Below, piece by piece: positions 39,492-50,408 of a stretch of DNA of 64,000 bases. Origin of the DNA: Promethearchaeota archaeon Loki_b32. GTDB lineage: Archaea; Asgardarchaeota; Lokiarchaeia; Sigyniarchaeales; SOKP01. The stretch lies in assembly GCA_005223125.1 (NCBI GenBank), contig NJBH01000004.1, forward strand, positions 64,001-128,000, in the 5' to 3' direction. The first letter of the stretch is position 1, and each line of letters opens with the position of its first letter. The notes beneath the pieces are model-generated. The model was not told the DNA's origin. It ran no database searches and saw only the letters and a list, made by a program, of their open reading frames with translations. A program made the translations under genes and the position numbers.

Positions 39492-40745
39492 ATGAACGAT
39501 ACTGAAAATGATGAAATAAAAAAGTCTGCGAATTCTGAGAATCAAGAAGAAAAAAGGAAGAAACCAGAAAAGCGAGCAAGAAAGTCGCAAGGTCAAATGA
39601 TTCAAGAAGCACTTGGTTTAGGTCCGACAGATATTCAAGATGTTGAGAAGAAGCTCTTTATTGTACGCTTTTTAGATTATTTCTCTGAAGAAACTTTAGA
39701 CTTCATCTTTAAGGATAACACAATAAATCAATATACCAAACAAATTACAACTCATATGGAGGATTTTAGTACAAAGGGGGAAGAAGATATACTTTTAAAG
39801 CAAAGTTTCGAATCAAAAAGGATTTTAGAAACAGTTCATAAATTAAAAGGGAAAGCGGAAGAAATTGCCTCTAGTAAAGGGATAAAAGGGTCAATGGATA
39901 AACGTTTGCGTAGGCTTACTTTGTATCTTACAGCACCAATGTTTGCTCTGATTATAGTCTCATTCTTTTTCACACAAATAACCTACTTTATACTTCCAGT
40001 TTTGTGTGTATTTTGTATGTTGCCTCAAGTAGTTAGAGGTAGGGTTACTAAGAAATGGTTTGAATTTAAAGAGCAGAATAAAAATCAGATTTATTCTGAA
40101 TATCGAGAAGATATTATGATTTTGAAAGGTTTTACGGGAGAAACTTTAGATAATGTTAGAGCGAGGCTAATAGAACTGAAAGTACCATTACAGTTGATTA
40201 AATTTATGCTATATAGCAGAGATTATGAAAATCTAAGATTATTAAATCAAAAGAATATAAGAGGTACAAAGCAATATTTCTATACTTTTGAATACCCTCA
40301 AGGAGTAGAACCATTTCCAATACCACAGCAACTTCTACAATATCAACAACCTATAATCCCAAAGAAAGCAGAAAAATTGGAGAAAAATTTCATCGTTCTT
40401 TCTGAAATGAAAGGGAGAGATGGAGTTATCAATTATTTTGTACCGACTCTGAAAGATAAATATGCAGAGAAAATTAATGAGATGTTAAATAATTCTAAAT
40501 TTAGCAAAGCTCCAAATGATTTCGCTACTATTATGCCTAATTATTCAGAAAATATGGTGATTTATTGCGTCTGTGGTCAAGTAGTAGAAATTAACAATGT
40601 ACAAATTTGCAATTGGAAAGACCAATTCAAATTTTACCTATTTGAAGGAGAACAATGTAATTGTGAAGAAACTGTATACGCTCTTTCTTTAATGGATGAA
40701 TCTGCAGAAGTACCCGAAGAATTAAAAGATATTTTCTTAAGTTAA
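39492..40745 (+). CDS. Two-TM membrane protein with C-terminal CxC...CxC motifs
   Basis: Central hydrophobic hairpin; CVCG and CNCE. Confidence 0.7.
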   Translation: MNDTENDEIKKSANSENQEEKRKKPEKRARKSQGQMIQEALGLGPTDIQDVEKKLFIVRFLDYFSEETLDFIFKDNTINQYTKQITTHMEDFSTKGEEDILLKQSFESKRILETVHKLKGKAEEIASSKGIKGSMDKRLRRLTLYLTAPMFALIIVSFFFTQITYFILPVLCVFCMLPQVVRGRVTKKWFEFKEQNKNQIYSEYREDIMILKGFTGETLDNVRARLIELKVPLQLIKFMLYSRDYENLRLLNQKNIRGTKQYFYTFEYPQGVEPFPIPQQLLQYQQPIIPKKAEKLEKNFIVLSEMKGRDGVINYFVPTLKDKYAEKINEMLNNSKFSKAPNDFATIMPNYSENMVIYCVCGQVVEINNVQICNWKDQFKFYLFEGEQCNCEETVYALSLMDESAEVPEELKDIFLS

Positions 40746-40755
40746 TTTATTATTT

Positions 40756-42105
40756 CTATTTCTTTTTTATTTTTGAATGCCAATCAAAAAGTAATTTATA
40801 TCCTCTAACAGCTCGTTCTATCTCATTTTTAAAAATAGGAATTTTTAGTTCTGAAGCAGATTTAATAACTCTTTTAGCTCCTTCACGTTCTGCTTGAATT
40901 AGTATTGTAATTATTGGTTTGTTAGGAAAAGTTTTTTTAATTTTCTCAAAGATATTAAAATCGAATTCAATTTCGATGAAAAATTCTAAAGCTAATATTA
41001 AACCATCAACAGCATTATCTTGTAATAATGTTTTTGAAGATGTATTATAGATTTCACAAATTTTAGTACCAACAAACCTTTCTGGTGGCCAATAATCAAC
41101 TGGATTCCCTAAATTACATGTCGAACCCCTTACCTTATTAAGAATAATGTCTTTATGTTCTTTACTTACTTTAGCAAGTGATAATCCCTGATTTCTCATT
41201 TCTTTGACAATTAAATAAATTGCTCCTGAACTTGGCCCAACTATTCCCAGATTAGACCCTTTAGGTTCTGGACACCATAAAAATATTTTTGCTAAATCAA
41301 ATAGTTCTATATAATTTAAAACGCTGATCCCACCAACTTCAATTAACTTTTGTTCCCTAAATTCATCTTTCCCTACATAAAAAAATAAAACGGGCTTAAT
41401 CATAGCAACCTCTTCCACAGCATCAATTATACCATCTGTAATTTCTCTTAAAAAAAGAGAAATTACTTTGGTTTTCTCATCTTCTTTGAAATATTCTAAG
41501 ACATCTGCGTCATTAATGTCGAAGCCGTATCCTAAATGTATCACCTTAGAAATGGGTAATTCTTGAGATGGTGCCCACCACCCCATAGCTCCAGCTAATC
41601 CTCCTGATTGGGCAATAAAACTAATCCCTTCCTTTACTTTTCTATGTCTTTGCATAAGATACTGTCTTACAGGTATTATAGAGGTAGTAAAATTATTATT
41701 GAAATTAATAATACCCAACATTGAAGGTCCCATAAATGAGACTCCATACTTCTCACTTATATTAAGTAACTCATCTATCAATATTGGATCTTCAGTTTCA
41801 ATTCGAAATTCTGATTCAATAGCAATATTTTTTACTCCAAATTTCGCTAATTTTTCAAAAATTTCAGCTATTTTTCTCCCTACTACTACTACAGTTAATT
41901 CGGGAACCTCGGGGAGCTCGTCTAAAGAATGATAGGATTTAATACCCAAAATCTCATCTGCATTAGGATTTAAAACATATAATTTTCCGCGATAAAAAAT
42001 TTCTAAAAGATTCTTTAAAATAGTGTAGCTAAAAGTATAGGCTTTTCTTGAGACTCCGACTATTAAAATACTTTTCGGGTTAAAGAAAGGTTCGAGGTTT
42101 TTCAA
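40756..42105 (-). CDS. Acyl-CoA synthetase (ADP-forming) alpha-like / CoA-binding protein
   Basis: FFNPKSI, GPSMLG, AQSGG, NPVD. Confidence 0.8.
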   Translation of the reverse strand: MKNLEPFFNPKSILIVGVSRKAYTFSYTILKNLLEIFYRGKLYVLNPNADEILGIKSYHSLDELPEVPELTVVVVGRKIAEIFEKLAKFGVKNIAIESEFRIETEDPILIDELLNISEKYGVSFMGPSMLGIINFNNNFTTSIIPVRQYLMQRHRKVKEGISFIAQSGGLAGAMGWWAPSQELPISKVIHLGYGFDINDADVLEYFKEDEKTKVISLFLREITDGIIDAVEEVAMIKPVLFFYVGKDEFREQKLIEVGGISVLNYIELFDLAKIFLWCPEPKGSNLGIVGPSSGAIYLIVKEMRNQGLSLAKVSKEHKDIILNKVRGSTCNLGNPVDYWPPERFVGTKICEIYNTSSKTLLQDNAVDGLILALEFFIEIEFDFNIFEKIKKTFPNKPIITILIQAEREGAKRVIKSASELKIPIFKNEIERAVRGYKLLFDWHSKIKKK

Positions 42106-42263
42106 GATAAGTTTTCAAATGGTTATAAAATTATTTAATTTTAGAATAATTGCAATCTATAATATTTCATAATTAAAACAGACTTATTTAAGTATTTTAT
42201 ATAAATCATAAATAATAGATTATTCAATGATTTTATATAGCAGAAATAATTGTTCTAGGTCTT

Positions 42264-42822
42264 TTGTTTGGAATAGTTAATACTATGGTTCTACATTTAG
42301 CAAAAGCTATGGAGATGCATGGAATAGAAATTTTTTCAAGAAAGAAAACTTTCAAGCAAAAAGGAAAGAAGCCTTTAATCTATATAATTGGTTTTGCTTT
42401 GAATAATACAGTAATTATTTGGCAAATTTTAGGAACAACTTTTGCCTCAGCAGCTGTTTTTTCTAGTGGTTTTGGTTTAGGATTAATATTGTTGATGTTA
42501 TATTCACATTATATTTTACATGAAGAAATCAAAACTCCTGAGCTAATTGGAGCCCTATTAATTTTTTCTTGGATTATTAGCCCTTACCCTTACTCAAATA
42601 GGTTATGCTAAGGGGACTGAAGCATCAAAATTAGTCCCAATGTATAATTCATTATATATAACAGGTCCTGTTATTTTTGAACTAATAATTATAGAAGGAG
42701 CAACAGTCTCAATTGGGATAATTCTTTCAATCATAGTTATTATAGGAGGTGTTTTCTTAATGAATATCTTCAAAAAAAATGAAGAAGAATTGAATAGTGA
42801 AAAAATGAATTCTCTGAACTGA
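42264..42822 (+). pseudogene. DMT/NIPA-like transporter, frameshifted or internally deleted
   Basis: Two hydrophobic ORFs in different frames; the second frame opens near 42565 (FLGLLALTLTQIGYAKG...VPMYNS). Confidence 0.55.
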
Positions 42823-42900
42823 ATTTAAATTATCTAATAAAATACAGCATCAGGTATTCTGCAATATAAAACAATAATATAATTTTAAATTAGGATTAAT

Positions 42901-43533
42901 CTAAGTTTTAGCAAGCTCTAATTCATAAATAGGGATTTCTCTCCTCTTCTTGGCATCATATAAAGGCAATCCCGATTTTTTTAAAAATTCTGGAGTTTTA
43001 TATTTCAGAATTACAGTTTGGCAACTGCTAGAGATCTTCATACGGGCAACACGAAGCCTATCTCGTACTAATGGTAAATCTCTAAGATAAGCACCCACTT
43101 CGAGTACTATTTGTCCTGCTCGAACACGGGCACAAACTCCAGTGGATCTTCCAAATGAGTTTCTCATGCCTGATTGTACGCGATCTGCACCGGCAAATGC
43201 CAACATTCTGTTCTCTCTATATTTTTGAAATGGTTTTGGTCGTATTCGAAGTCGATAATTTTGTCTACCAAGTTTTCTTTGGAGAACACCGTTGACAGTG
43301 ATTCTAATTGCTTCAAGAGTGTTTGAAGATATCTGAATTTGAGAATTTACCTTCAAACCAACTACAAGCTCAAAGTCTTCCCAAGGTATCTCTTTAGCCC
43401 CACCCCAGAACCTTACAATCTTGCTTTGCGCGCCACCACGTGCATATTCGCGTCTGCGATTTGATGATCTTTTATATTGATAAGGTCTCCTTGACCATTT
43501 TGAATAACAATGCCATGGACGCTTATGGGCGAT
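42901..43533 (-). CDS. rpl10e: 50S ribosomal protein uL16 (L10e); apparent ATC start
   Basis: RENRMLAFAGADRVQSGMRNSFG. The frame extends 59 codons upstream of the track start to (I)AHKRPWHCYS, bounded by an in-frame TGA inside the AGGTGA RBS. Confidence 0.93.
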   Translation of the reverse strand: MAHKRPWHCYSKWSRRPYQYKRSSNRRREYARGGAQSKIVRFWGGAKEIPWEDFELVVGLKVNSQIQISSNTLEAIRITVNGVLQRKLGRQNYRLRIRPKPFQKYRENRMLAFAGADRVQSGMRNSFGRSTGVCARVRAGQIVLEVGAYLRDLPLVRDRLRVARMKISSSCQTVILKYKTPEFLKKSGLPLYDAKKRREIPIYELELAKT

Positions 43534-43738
43534 GCCAAATCACCTTTTTGGTTAATCTATTTCAAGTTATTTGAGAATTGGTTAATTTAATTAAATAAAA
43601 TTTTTTTTATTACAATTGTTTAAAATTTGTTATTTCTAATAAGTTTTATTATAGCTATTGTCTACTGGATTGTTCAAATGATAATAAAAAGAAAACTTAC
43701 CTTGAGATAATAATTAAAAAAAAAATCATTAAGATTGG

Positions 43739-44152
43739 TTATTTTTTATTGAATTCATCTGGATTTCCACCAGATTCAAGGTGTTCTGCGTACTTTTTTA
43801 AACTTTTTAAGAGCATTTCTCCAGCGATTCCTAAAATAGTTTCTTGGTTTGCATCATCAAATTCAGTCCAGATTGTAGCTTCTATAATATCCCCCTTAGG
43901 TTTTAAAATATAACCCAAGCTTGTCATGGGGCTCCCTTCTTGAGTTGCAGCAAGACTTTCAGGTGCATTTGTTTCTATACGAGTAGACGTTATATCTCCA
44001 ACATTAGTTTTAAAAAAGTAATTACCTTCACCAAGTTTAGTAACTTCATTAACAACAATATTCCACTTGGGATAATTATCATCATCGTCAATAATTTGCC
44101 AAACTTTATCTTGAGATGCAGCAATATCGATTGTTCTTTCCAATTTTGGCAT
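43739..44152 (-). CDS. SRPBCC/START-like (polyketide cyclase) family protein
   Basis: ERTIDIAASQDKVWQIIDD..YPKWN. Confidence 0.82.
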   Translation of the reverse strand: MPKLERTIDIAASQDKVWQIIDDDDNYPKWNIVVNEVTKLGEGNYFFKTNVGDITSTRIETNAPESLAATQEGSPMTSLGYILKPKGDIIEATIWTEFDDANQETILGIAGEMLLKSLKKYAEHLESGGNPDEFNKK

Positions 44153-44354
44153 TACTTTAACACCATTAGAATTTCTTTTATTAATAATAATAATGTGTAA
44201 AGAGATTGTTTAAAGTTATTAATAAAAGTTTTGATTTGTGTTTTTATATTCAATAACACTCAAAATTAAATAAGCTCCACATTTAAATTCTATATAGAAT
44301 AACCACATTATTCTCCTTAAACTTGATTTGAGAAATGTTTTCATCTTATAAATT

Positions 44355-45497
44355 ATGATAAATCAAGAAACCGCGTTAAGTCAAAAAACCGAATTATTGT
44401 GTAAAGGGTTGTATCTCGATAATTCTTTAATCCCCCAGTATAAAGAACAAGGAATTAACATAGATTTCGGACGAAAAGGAGGAGCAGGTCCATCTGGAGG
44501 AAGATATTTTTTATTAGAAGAAGGTTCCAGTTTAGTAAATGTTGCTCTCTGGAATACACCCAATAATAGGGAATTATTTTTAAAAGATTACAAGAATGGT
44601 TATTTTGAAGTGTTTAATGAAAAGAATAAAGAATCATTTGGAAGATTAAAGTTAATTCAAAACCCCCGATTTTATAGTCCTAATTTTAAAACTTCTGACG
44701 GAATTCCAATGAAAAAGATAGCTTTAGTACATGGAATAGACTGTCTTGCAAGTACAATATATCAAAAATGTGTTTATTGGGGATGTGGAGAGGCATGTAC
44801 CTTCTGTGGTATTGAAGTTAGTCTACAAAATGATGCAACTATATTAGAAAAGAATGCTAAACAGATGTCAGAGGTAATCACCATGGCGAAAAAAGAAGGT
44901 AGATGCTCTCACATGACACTAACAAGTGGTACAGATGAAACTGTCGACAAGGGAGCTAATCGTTATGTAAAATTATTAAAAGGAGTTAAAAGTGACCATC
45001 CAGATATTCCAATTCATGTACAAATTGAAGCCTTAGAAGATTTAATCTATATTAATAAATTAAAAGAAGCGGGAGCAGATACCATTGGGATTCATATAGA
45101 AGTTTTAGATAATACTTTAAGAAAGGAAATTACCCCAGGTAAATTCAGTATTTCCTATAATTTATTTGAAAAAAACTGGAAGCATGCGATTGATACTTTT
45201 GGCAAAAACCAAGTTAGTAGTTATGTTTTAACGGGATTTGGAGAATCTAAGGGTGAGTTCATAAAAGATATTGAAAAAGTCATCTCATTAGGAGTTATAC
45301 CGTATATAACACCAGTAAGACCTATTCCAGGTAAAAGATATTTACCTAACACCAATTTTGAAGATTTACTAGACATATATAAAGACAGTGGAAAACTGAT
45401 GAGGGTATATGGAGTTAATCCTTTAGAAAATAAAGCTGGATGTGTTCGATGCGGGGGTTGCTCAGCGATTAAAGAAGCTTACATTGAAGCGAAATAA
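44355..45497 (+). CDS. Radical SAM protein, MSMEG_0568-like
   Basis: RKGGAGPSG, IALVHG..CLASTI, CVYW..CTFCGI, C-terminal GCVRCGGC. Confidence 0.8.
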   Translation: MINQETALSQKTELLCKGLYLDNSLIPQYKEQGINIDFGRKGGAGPSGGRYFLLEEGSSLVNVALWNTPNNRELFLKDYKNGYFEVFNEKNKESFGRLKLIQNPRFYSPNFKTSDGIPMKKIALVHGIDCLASTIYQKCVYWGCGEACTFCGIEVSLQNDATILEKNAKQMSEVITMAKKEGRCSHMTLTSGTDETVDKGANRYVKLLKGVKSDHPDIPIHVQIEALEDLIYINKLKEAGADTIGIHIEVLDNTLRKEITPGKFSISYNLFEKNWKHAIDTFGKNQVSSYVLTGFGESKGEFIKDIEKVISLGVIPYITPVRPIPGKRYLPNTNFEDLLDIYKDSGKLMRVYGVNPLENKAGCVRCGGCSAIKEAYIEAK

Positions 45498-45547
45498 ATC
45501 AGTAAAAAAGTAGAAAAAAATAAAAAAAAAATAACATATCTTTCAAT

Positions 45548-46354
45548 TTAATCTCTTACTTGCGTTCCGCATTCACCGCAAAATTTCCCAGTATCATTTA
45601 ATTTAGCCCCACATAATGGACAAAATTTAATGAGGTCTGTTACTTCTTGAACGGGAACTGGAGCAGGGGCTACAACATGAGTGGAAGCAGGAATATAAGC
45701 AGGTTGTTGTTCTGGGACTAAGCCTGGTTGTTTGCTTATTACTGGTTTCTGATCAGCAATTTTCGATAATGTGAAATACCCAATTAATTGGAATATCCAA
45801 CCTATTACTATAGGTATGATTAAAAATCCGAGTACCCATAACATAGCTCCACTTCGTAATTTTTCTACGCCATCGATCGCATCTTTCCCCATCTTTGGAA
45901 ACATTTCTCTGTTTTGTACAATAAAAGATTTTAAATTATCCCAAGCACCTACTTCAATGGCAGATCCTACTATCATAAGAATAAATCCAATAATAAACAA
46001 GGTTATTATAGGAATAAATCTCATAAATGGTCCACCAATATATGGAATATAAGCACCATAAAAGCCTAATAGGACACCAGCTAACCACACACACGCTACA
46101 TTGAGGATTATTGCTCCAATAAATTTGATTATACTCGCGGTTAAATACCTTGTACGAAATTCCTCTAGATGTGGATTCTTCAGTTCGCGATTTATTTTAT
46201 TAAAATCGTTTATTAGTACAATTATTAAAATTAACTGAATAATGAGAGCAACAAAAGCAATATATGGAATAATTATCAGGATTAAAAGTCCACCAACGTT
46301 TCGTAAATTTTTTCCAAACTTCATCCATTTCATTTCTAAATTCGAACTTGACAT
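45548..46354 (-). CDS. Membrane protein with C-terminal zinc ribbon
   Basis: TM helices, Pro-rich linker, FCPLCG...FCGECG. Confidence 0.82.
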   Translation of the reverse strand: MSSSNLEMKWMKFGKNLRNVGGLLILIIIPYIAFVALIIQLILIIVLINDFNKINRELKNPHLEEFRTRYLTASIIKFIGAIILNVACVWLAGVLLGFYGAYIPYIGGPFMRFIPIITLFIIGFILMIVGSAIEVGAWDNLKSFIVQNREMFPKMGKDAIDGVEKLRSGAMLWVLGFLIIPIVIGWIFQLIGYFTLSKIADQKPVISKQPGLVPEQQPAYIPASTHVVAPAPVPVQEVTDLIKFCPLCGAKLNDTGKFCGECGTQVRD

Positions 46355-46699
46355 TTGTAAATACCAATTTACGTACTTTAATTTTTAATTAAAGTGTATT
46401 TTTTATAATTATTATAATTATTGGGGACCAATTTTTAAGTTCTCTGATCTTTCGGGCAATGAGCTTAGATAAATGAAGAAGGATGTTAACAATAATAATA
46501 ATAAAATACAGAAATTATTTGATTTTTTTGGTGATTTTGAAAAGAATATATCAATATCACTATGAAAGATATTATTAAGTTTATTAGGGAGGATGCAAAA
46601 TCTAAATTGCATTAAGTTTAAATATACCTTATAATCTATTAACAAATACTATTTCAAATTTATTTAACAAAAAATAACTGTAATAGCTAGGCGAATAAT

Positions 46700-47635
46700 A
46701 TGACAGAATTAATTTTTAAAATAGGATTCCCCGTAGTACTACTTGTACTTCTAATAATTATTTTCATAAGTAGTAGATCTAATAAAAGACCAGACCAAGA
46801 GTTTATGAGTTGTGATGAATTTTTAAAAGATTGGCTAAAAGATCACGGACAAGCTCATAAGTTGGAGGAACAATTTGCACAAATGAAAAAAGATCCAGCT
46901 GGTAAACTTTATATGCCGATTACTTATAAAGGTGGAAAGTTCTTTATAAAATGGGGTTTAACTCCAAATAAAGTATCATATATAAATTTAATATTCTCAT
47001 TTCTTATATTTTACGGCGTCTTAATGGCGGGTGAAGGACATACACTTGATTTATTTACTAAACAACCCTTATATGGTTCTTGGTTTTTTGCACTTGGTGT
47101 ACTAGTATTGTTTACAGGGATAATTGATGGGATTGATGGTGCAATAGCAAGATTACTGGATATAAAATCTAAAAGTGGAGCATGGTTAGATAATGTGATT
47201 GACAGGGTCAGTGATACATTAATGCTAGTATGTCTAATTCCTACTAGCCTTTCTGTTTTATCAATCAATAGCTTTGATTTTGATTTTAAGTGGATGATTT
47301 GGACTAACATATTTCTGATTTTCATCTATGAATATATGAGAGCTAGACATGAAGGGTTAGGATTACATGAAACAAAGCCATTTGTTGGTGAAAGGATAAC
47401 TCGAGTATTAGTTATTACCACGTTTTTTATAATCTATGGTGCTTCGAGCTTTACGATGTTATTAACAACTTTGATAAATCCGTCAGCTACAATTTGGTCT
47501 GTATCACATGAGGGAGTAACAACTTGGTGTATGTTTATTTTTCAAATCCTTTTATTGGGGATTATGATCTATTCATTAATGGGATTTGGGAAATATATCT
47601 GGAAAAACCTAAAAATATTGGATAAAGAAAAATAA
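46700..47635 (+). CDS. CDP-alcohol phosphatidyltransferase family
   Basis: TPN, DGIDGAIAR...GAWLDNVIDRVSD. Confidence 0.9.
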   Translation: MTELIFKIGFPVVLLVLLIIIFISSRSNKRPDQEFMSCDEFLKDWLKDHGQAHKLEEQFAQMKKDPAGKLYMPITYKGGKFFIKWGLTPNKVSYINLIFSFLIFYGVLMAGEGHTLDLFTKQPLYGSWFFALGVLVLFTGIIDGIDGAIARLLDIKSKSGAWLDNVIDRVSDTLMLVCLIPTSLSVLSINSFDFDFKWMIWTNIFLIFIYEYMRARHEGLGLHETKPFVGERITRVLVITTFFIIYGASSFTMLLTTLINPSATIWSVSHEGVTTWCMFIFQILLLGIMIYSLMGFGKYIWKNLKILDKEK

Positions 47636-47652
47636 AAAAGAGATTTTAAAAA

Positions 47653-49005
47653 ATGAAAACATCAAAACTAATATTATATGGTTCCATTTGCGTAGCATTA
47701 TTTGTTCTCTTTCATATGTATTCTCCCCCTATTTTTTCATCAGGTGTAAAGAGAGCAATTGACCGGTTCATTCTTGATCCTTTAGCTTACTGGTTGTTCA
47801 TATTTCCATTAATAGGATTACTCATGTTGTTAGGATTTATAATTTATTATGGAATGCATTTCTTTGCATCTTTTGGTAGTGGATATCGAGCTAAAACACC
47901 TTATTATGCTGACATAAGTATATTAATTGCGTCTAAAAATGAGAAAGTATTATTAGAAAGAACCTTGAATTCCATTGTTGACTCAGATTATCCTAAAGAA
48001 AAAATTCAATTAATTGTAATTACTAGTGGATCAACTGATGGTACAGCTGAATTTTGTAATAATTTTGCTAAAGAACATAGTACAATCGATATGAAAGTTT
48101 TATCAGAGGATCTCCCAAAAAAAGGAAAGCCTCCAGCCCTAAATTATGGTCTAAAGTACGTAAAAAATGAGATTGTTGTTCTTTATGATTCTGGTTGCAT
48201 TTTACAGAAAAACACTTTAAAAAGTCTAATAGCTCCTTTTCAAAAACCTAAAATTCATGCCGTAATTGGCCCTGTCTTGGTTAAAAATTGGAAAGATAAT
48301 AAATTGACAAGAGGAATTGTTCTTGATTATGCTATTGTATCTGGTGGTGGATTGCTTTTTGAAATTAAAAATAGATTAGGAGCATCAGCTTATTCATTTG
48401 GACGAAATTTTGCGGTTAGCACGAAATATCTTCAGAAATATGGTGGTTTTAATGAAGATTCGATGACAGAAGATCTTTATCTTTCAGTACTTTTGAGTTT
48501 GGATGGTGTACAAATATTCTTTTCTCCAAAAGCAAAGGTTTATGAATACGTCCCAAACACCTGGGAGATTTTAACAAAACAACGCACCCGGTGGTTAGCG
48601 GGATTTATTTTTGATATGCCACAATTAATGTCGATGAAAAGTGAAAATAAAAATGGGAAAACCTTAATTATCTCGAGAAATATGACCATGATGATTATAG
48701 GAAATATTGATACATGGATACCAATAGTAATTGGATTTTCAATCCTTCATTTTTTGATTGGGGAATATTATTTACTAATTTGGGATCTTGCCTGCTTATT
48801 TTTCCAAGTTGGCTTCTTGTTCAATGCCGTCCGAAAATATGGAGATAAGCATTATAGTGTTTTATTAATATTTCTAATTAGTGGTTATATCCATCTCTAT
48901 ATGTTCTTACGTCAATTTTCTCTTCCGAAAGAAATAAGTTGGGAAAAAACTCCTATGATATTAGAAAAACAAGAGATTGAAATAAAGGCTTTATCTACGG
49001 CATAA
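47653..49005 (+). CDS. Membrane GT2 glycosyltransferase (processive/cellulose-synthase-like)
   Basis: GKPPALN, TED and QRTRW motifs; flanking TM helices. Confidence 0.88.
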   Translation: MKTSKLILYGSICVALFVLFHMYSPPIFSSGVKRAIDRFILDPLAYWLFIFPLIGLLMLLGFIIYYGMHFFASFGSGYRAKTPYYADISILIASKNEKVLLERTLNSIVDSDYPKEKIQLIVITSGSTDGTAEFCNNFAKEHSTIDMKVLSEDLPKKGKPPALNYGLKYVKNEIVVLYDSGCILQKNTLKSLIAPFQKPKIHAVIGPVLVKNWKDNKLTRGIVLDYAIVSGGGLLFEIKNRLGASAYSFGRNFAVSTKYLQKYGGFNEDSMTEDLYLSVLLSLDGVQIFFSPKAKVYEYVPNTWEILTKQRTRWLAGFIFDMPQLMSMKSENKNGKTLIISRNMTMMIIGNIDTWIPIVIGFSILHFLIGEYYLLIWDLACLFFQVGFLFNAVRKYGDKHYSVLLIFLISGYIHLYMFLRQFSLPKEISWEKTPMILEKQEIEIKALSTA

Positions 49006-49062
49006 CTTTTTTATATTTTAATTAATATTTTTTTATATTTAATAGTATATATACTAAAATAT

Positions 49063-50373
49063 GTGGTGAAATTGTTGTTTAAATTCCAGGATCATCTACC
49101 AACAGAATTAGAAAGAAAATATTTTGATTTTAAAGCACGAGATTACCCAGAAGAGAAATTTTGTGAGGATTTACTAACACAAATTAGTCAATCTTATAAT
49201 AATTGTAAATATTATCAAGAGAATGTATGTAAGAAGTTCGGATTTACAATTCCAGACGAATTATCAATTAAGGATTTAGAAAACATTCCTTATATACCAA
49301 CTGATATTTATAAAAAGTCAGAAAACCGAACAGTAGGACTTTTAAAAGCACCTCTTAATAAGATAGGTTTATTCTCATGTTCCTCCTCCACAACAGGAGA
49401 TCCCTCGATAGTGCCTCGAACAATAGATGATTTTGATCAATTACAATATAACTCAATTAAGGTATTTACAGAATTTTTCAGATGGAAGGATTTAAAAATT
49501 GGTCCAAAAAGATGTGTCGTTTTTAATTTTTCCCCAAATCGTAAATTTATGACAATGATGGCAAAAAGGAGAGTAAAAGGATTTGAGTACGTTAATAAAA
49601 CTCGTTATTTCACAGCATGTATGAATAAACCTTGGGAATATTATGGACATGAAGAATATATGGTAAAAATAAAATGGTTAAAGACAATTTGGGCTATAAT
49701 TTCAACCTTTTCATTAAAAGGGGGCTTTATTTTAGATGTAAGCAAAATGTTGAAAATGGTTAAAAAAATTAAAGAAACAGGGTTTTGGAAAGGAATAGAA
49801 GTAAGCAAAATTGTATTTGGCGGAAGTGCACTTCTAATGAATAATATGTTCAATAAAAGGTTATTGCAAGAAAATGTATTTTATGATCTCGAAAATATCT
49901 CTTTTGTTGGGTGTGGTGGAGGAGGATGGGATGGAGTTAAAGGTGAAGCAAAAATGGATGCTGTAGATAAAGTCAATTTTATTGAAAATTATGAAAAAGT
50001 GTTTAATATTAAACCTAAAAACATTGGAGATATTTACGCATTTACCGAAGGACCGACTCTTTTTGGGGGTCATTGGTCTGAAAAATACCAAGATTTCTTG
50101 CTACATTGTCCTAATACATCTAGGATTATCGTTAGAGATCTAGAAGATTTAAATCCTGTTAATAAAAATATGGAAGGTTTACTTGAGGTAATAACTCCTT
50201 ATGGGGTGAATGGGAGCATAAATCAAGCAGTGATTGTTGATGATATTGTGGAACTTATTTCAAAAGATAAATGTCCAGAATGTGGTTATGAAGGTGCTAC
50301 ATTTAGAGTCATAGGAAGATTAAAAAATGCTCAGGGAAAAAGTTGTTCTTCGTTAATTGATTGGCTTCACTAA
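49063..50373 (+). CDS. LuxE/PaaK-like acyl-protein synthetase
   Basis: PYIPTDIYK, SSSTTG, GGGGW, DIYAFTE, FRVIGRLKNAQGKSCS. Confidence 0.8.
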   Translation: MVKLLFKFQDHLPTELERKYFDFKARDYPEEKFCEDLLTQISQSYNNCKYYQENVCKKFGFTIPDELSIKDLENIPYIPTDIYKKSENRTVGLLKAPLNKIGLFSCSSSTTGDPSIVPRTIDDFDQLQYNSIKVFTEFFRWKDLKIGPKRCVVFNFSPNRKFMTMMAKRRVKGFEYVNKTRYFTACMNKPWEYYGHEEYMVKIKWLKTIWAIISTFSLKGGFILDVSKMLKMVKKIKETGFWKGIEVSKIVFGGSALLMNNMFNKRLLQENVFYDLENISFVGCGGGGWDGVKGEAKMDAVDKVNFIENYEKVFNIKPKNIGDIYAFTEGPTLFGGHWSEKYQDFLLHCPNTSRIIVRDLEDLNPVNKNMEGLLEVITPYGVNGSINQAVIVDDIVELISKDKCPECGYEGATFRVIGRLKNAQGKSCSSLIDWLH

Positions 50374-50408
50374 TTTTTTTAAATTAAATGGTATTATTAC
50401 TACCCTAT

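Noticed and set aside
42540-42640. Frameshift in the DMT-like gene as another intron
   Set aside because: Sequence appears to be missing rather than inserted, and no BHB pairing was found.
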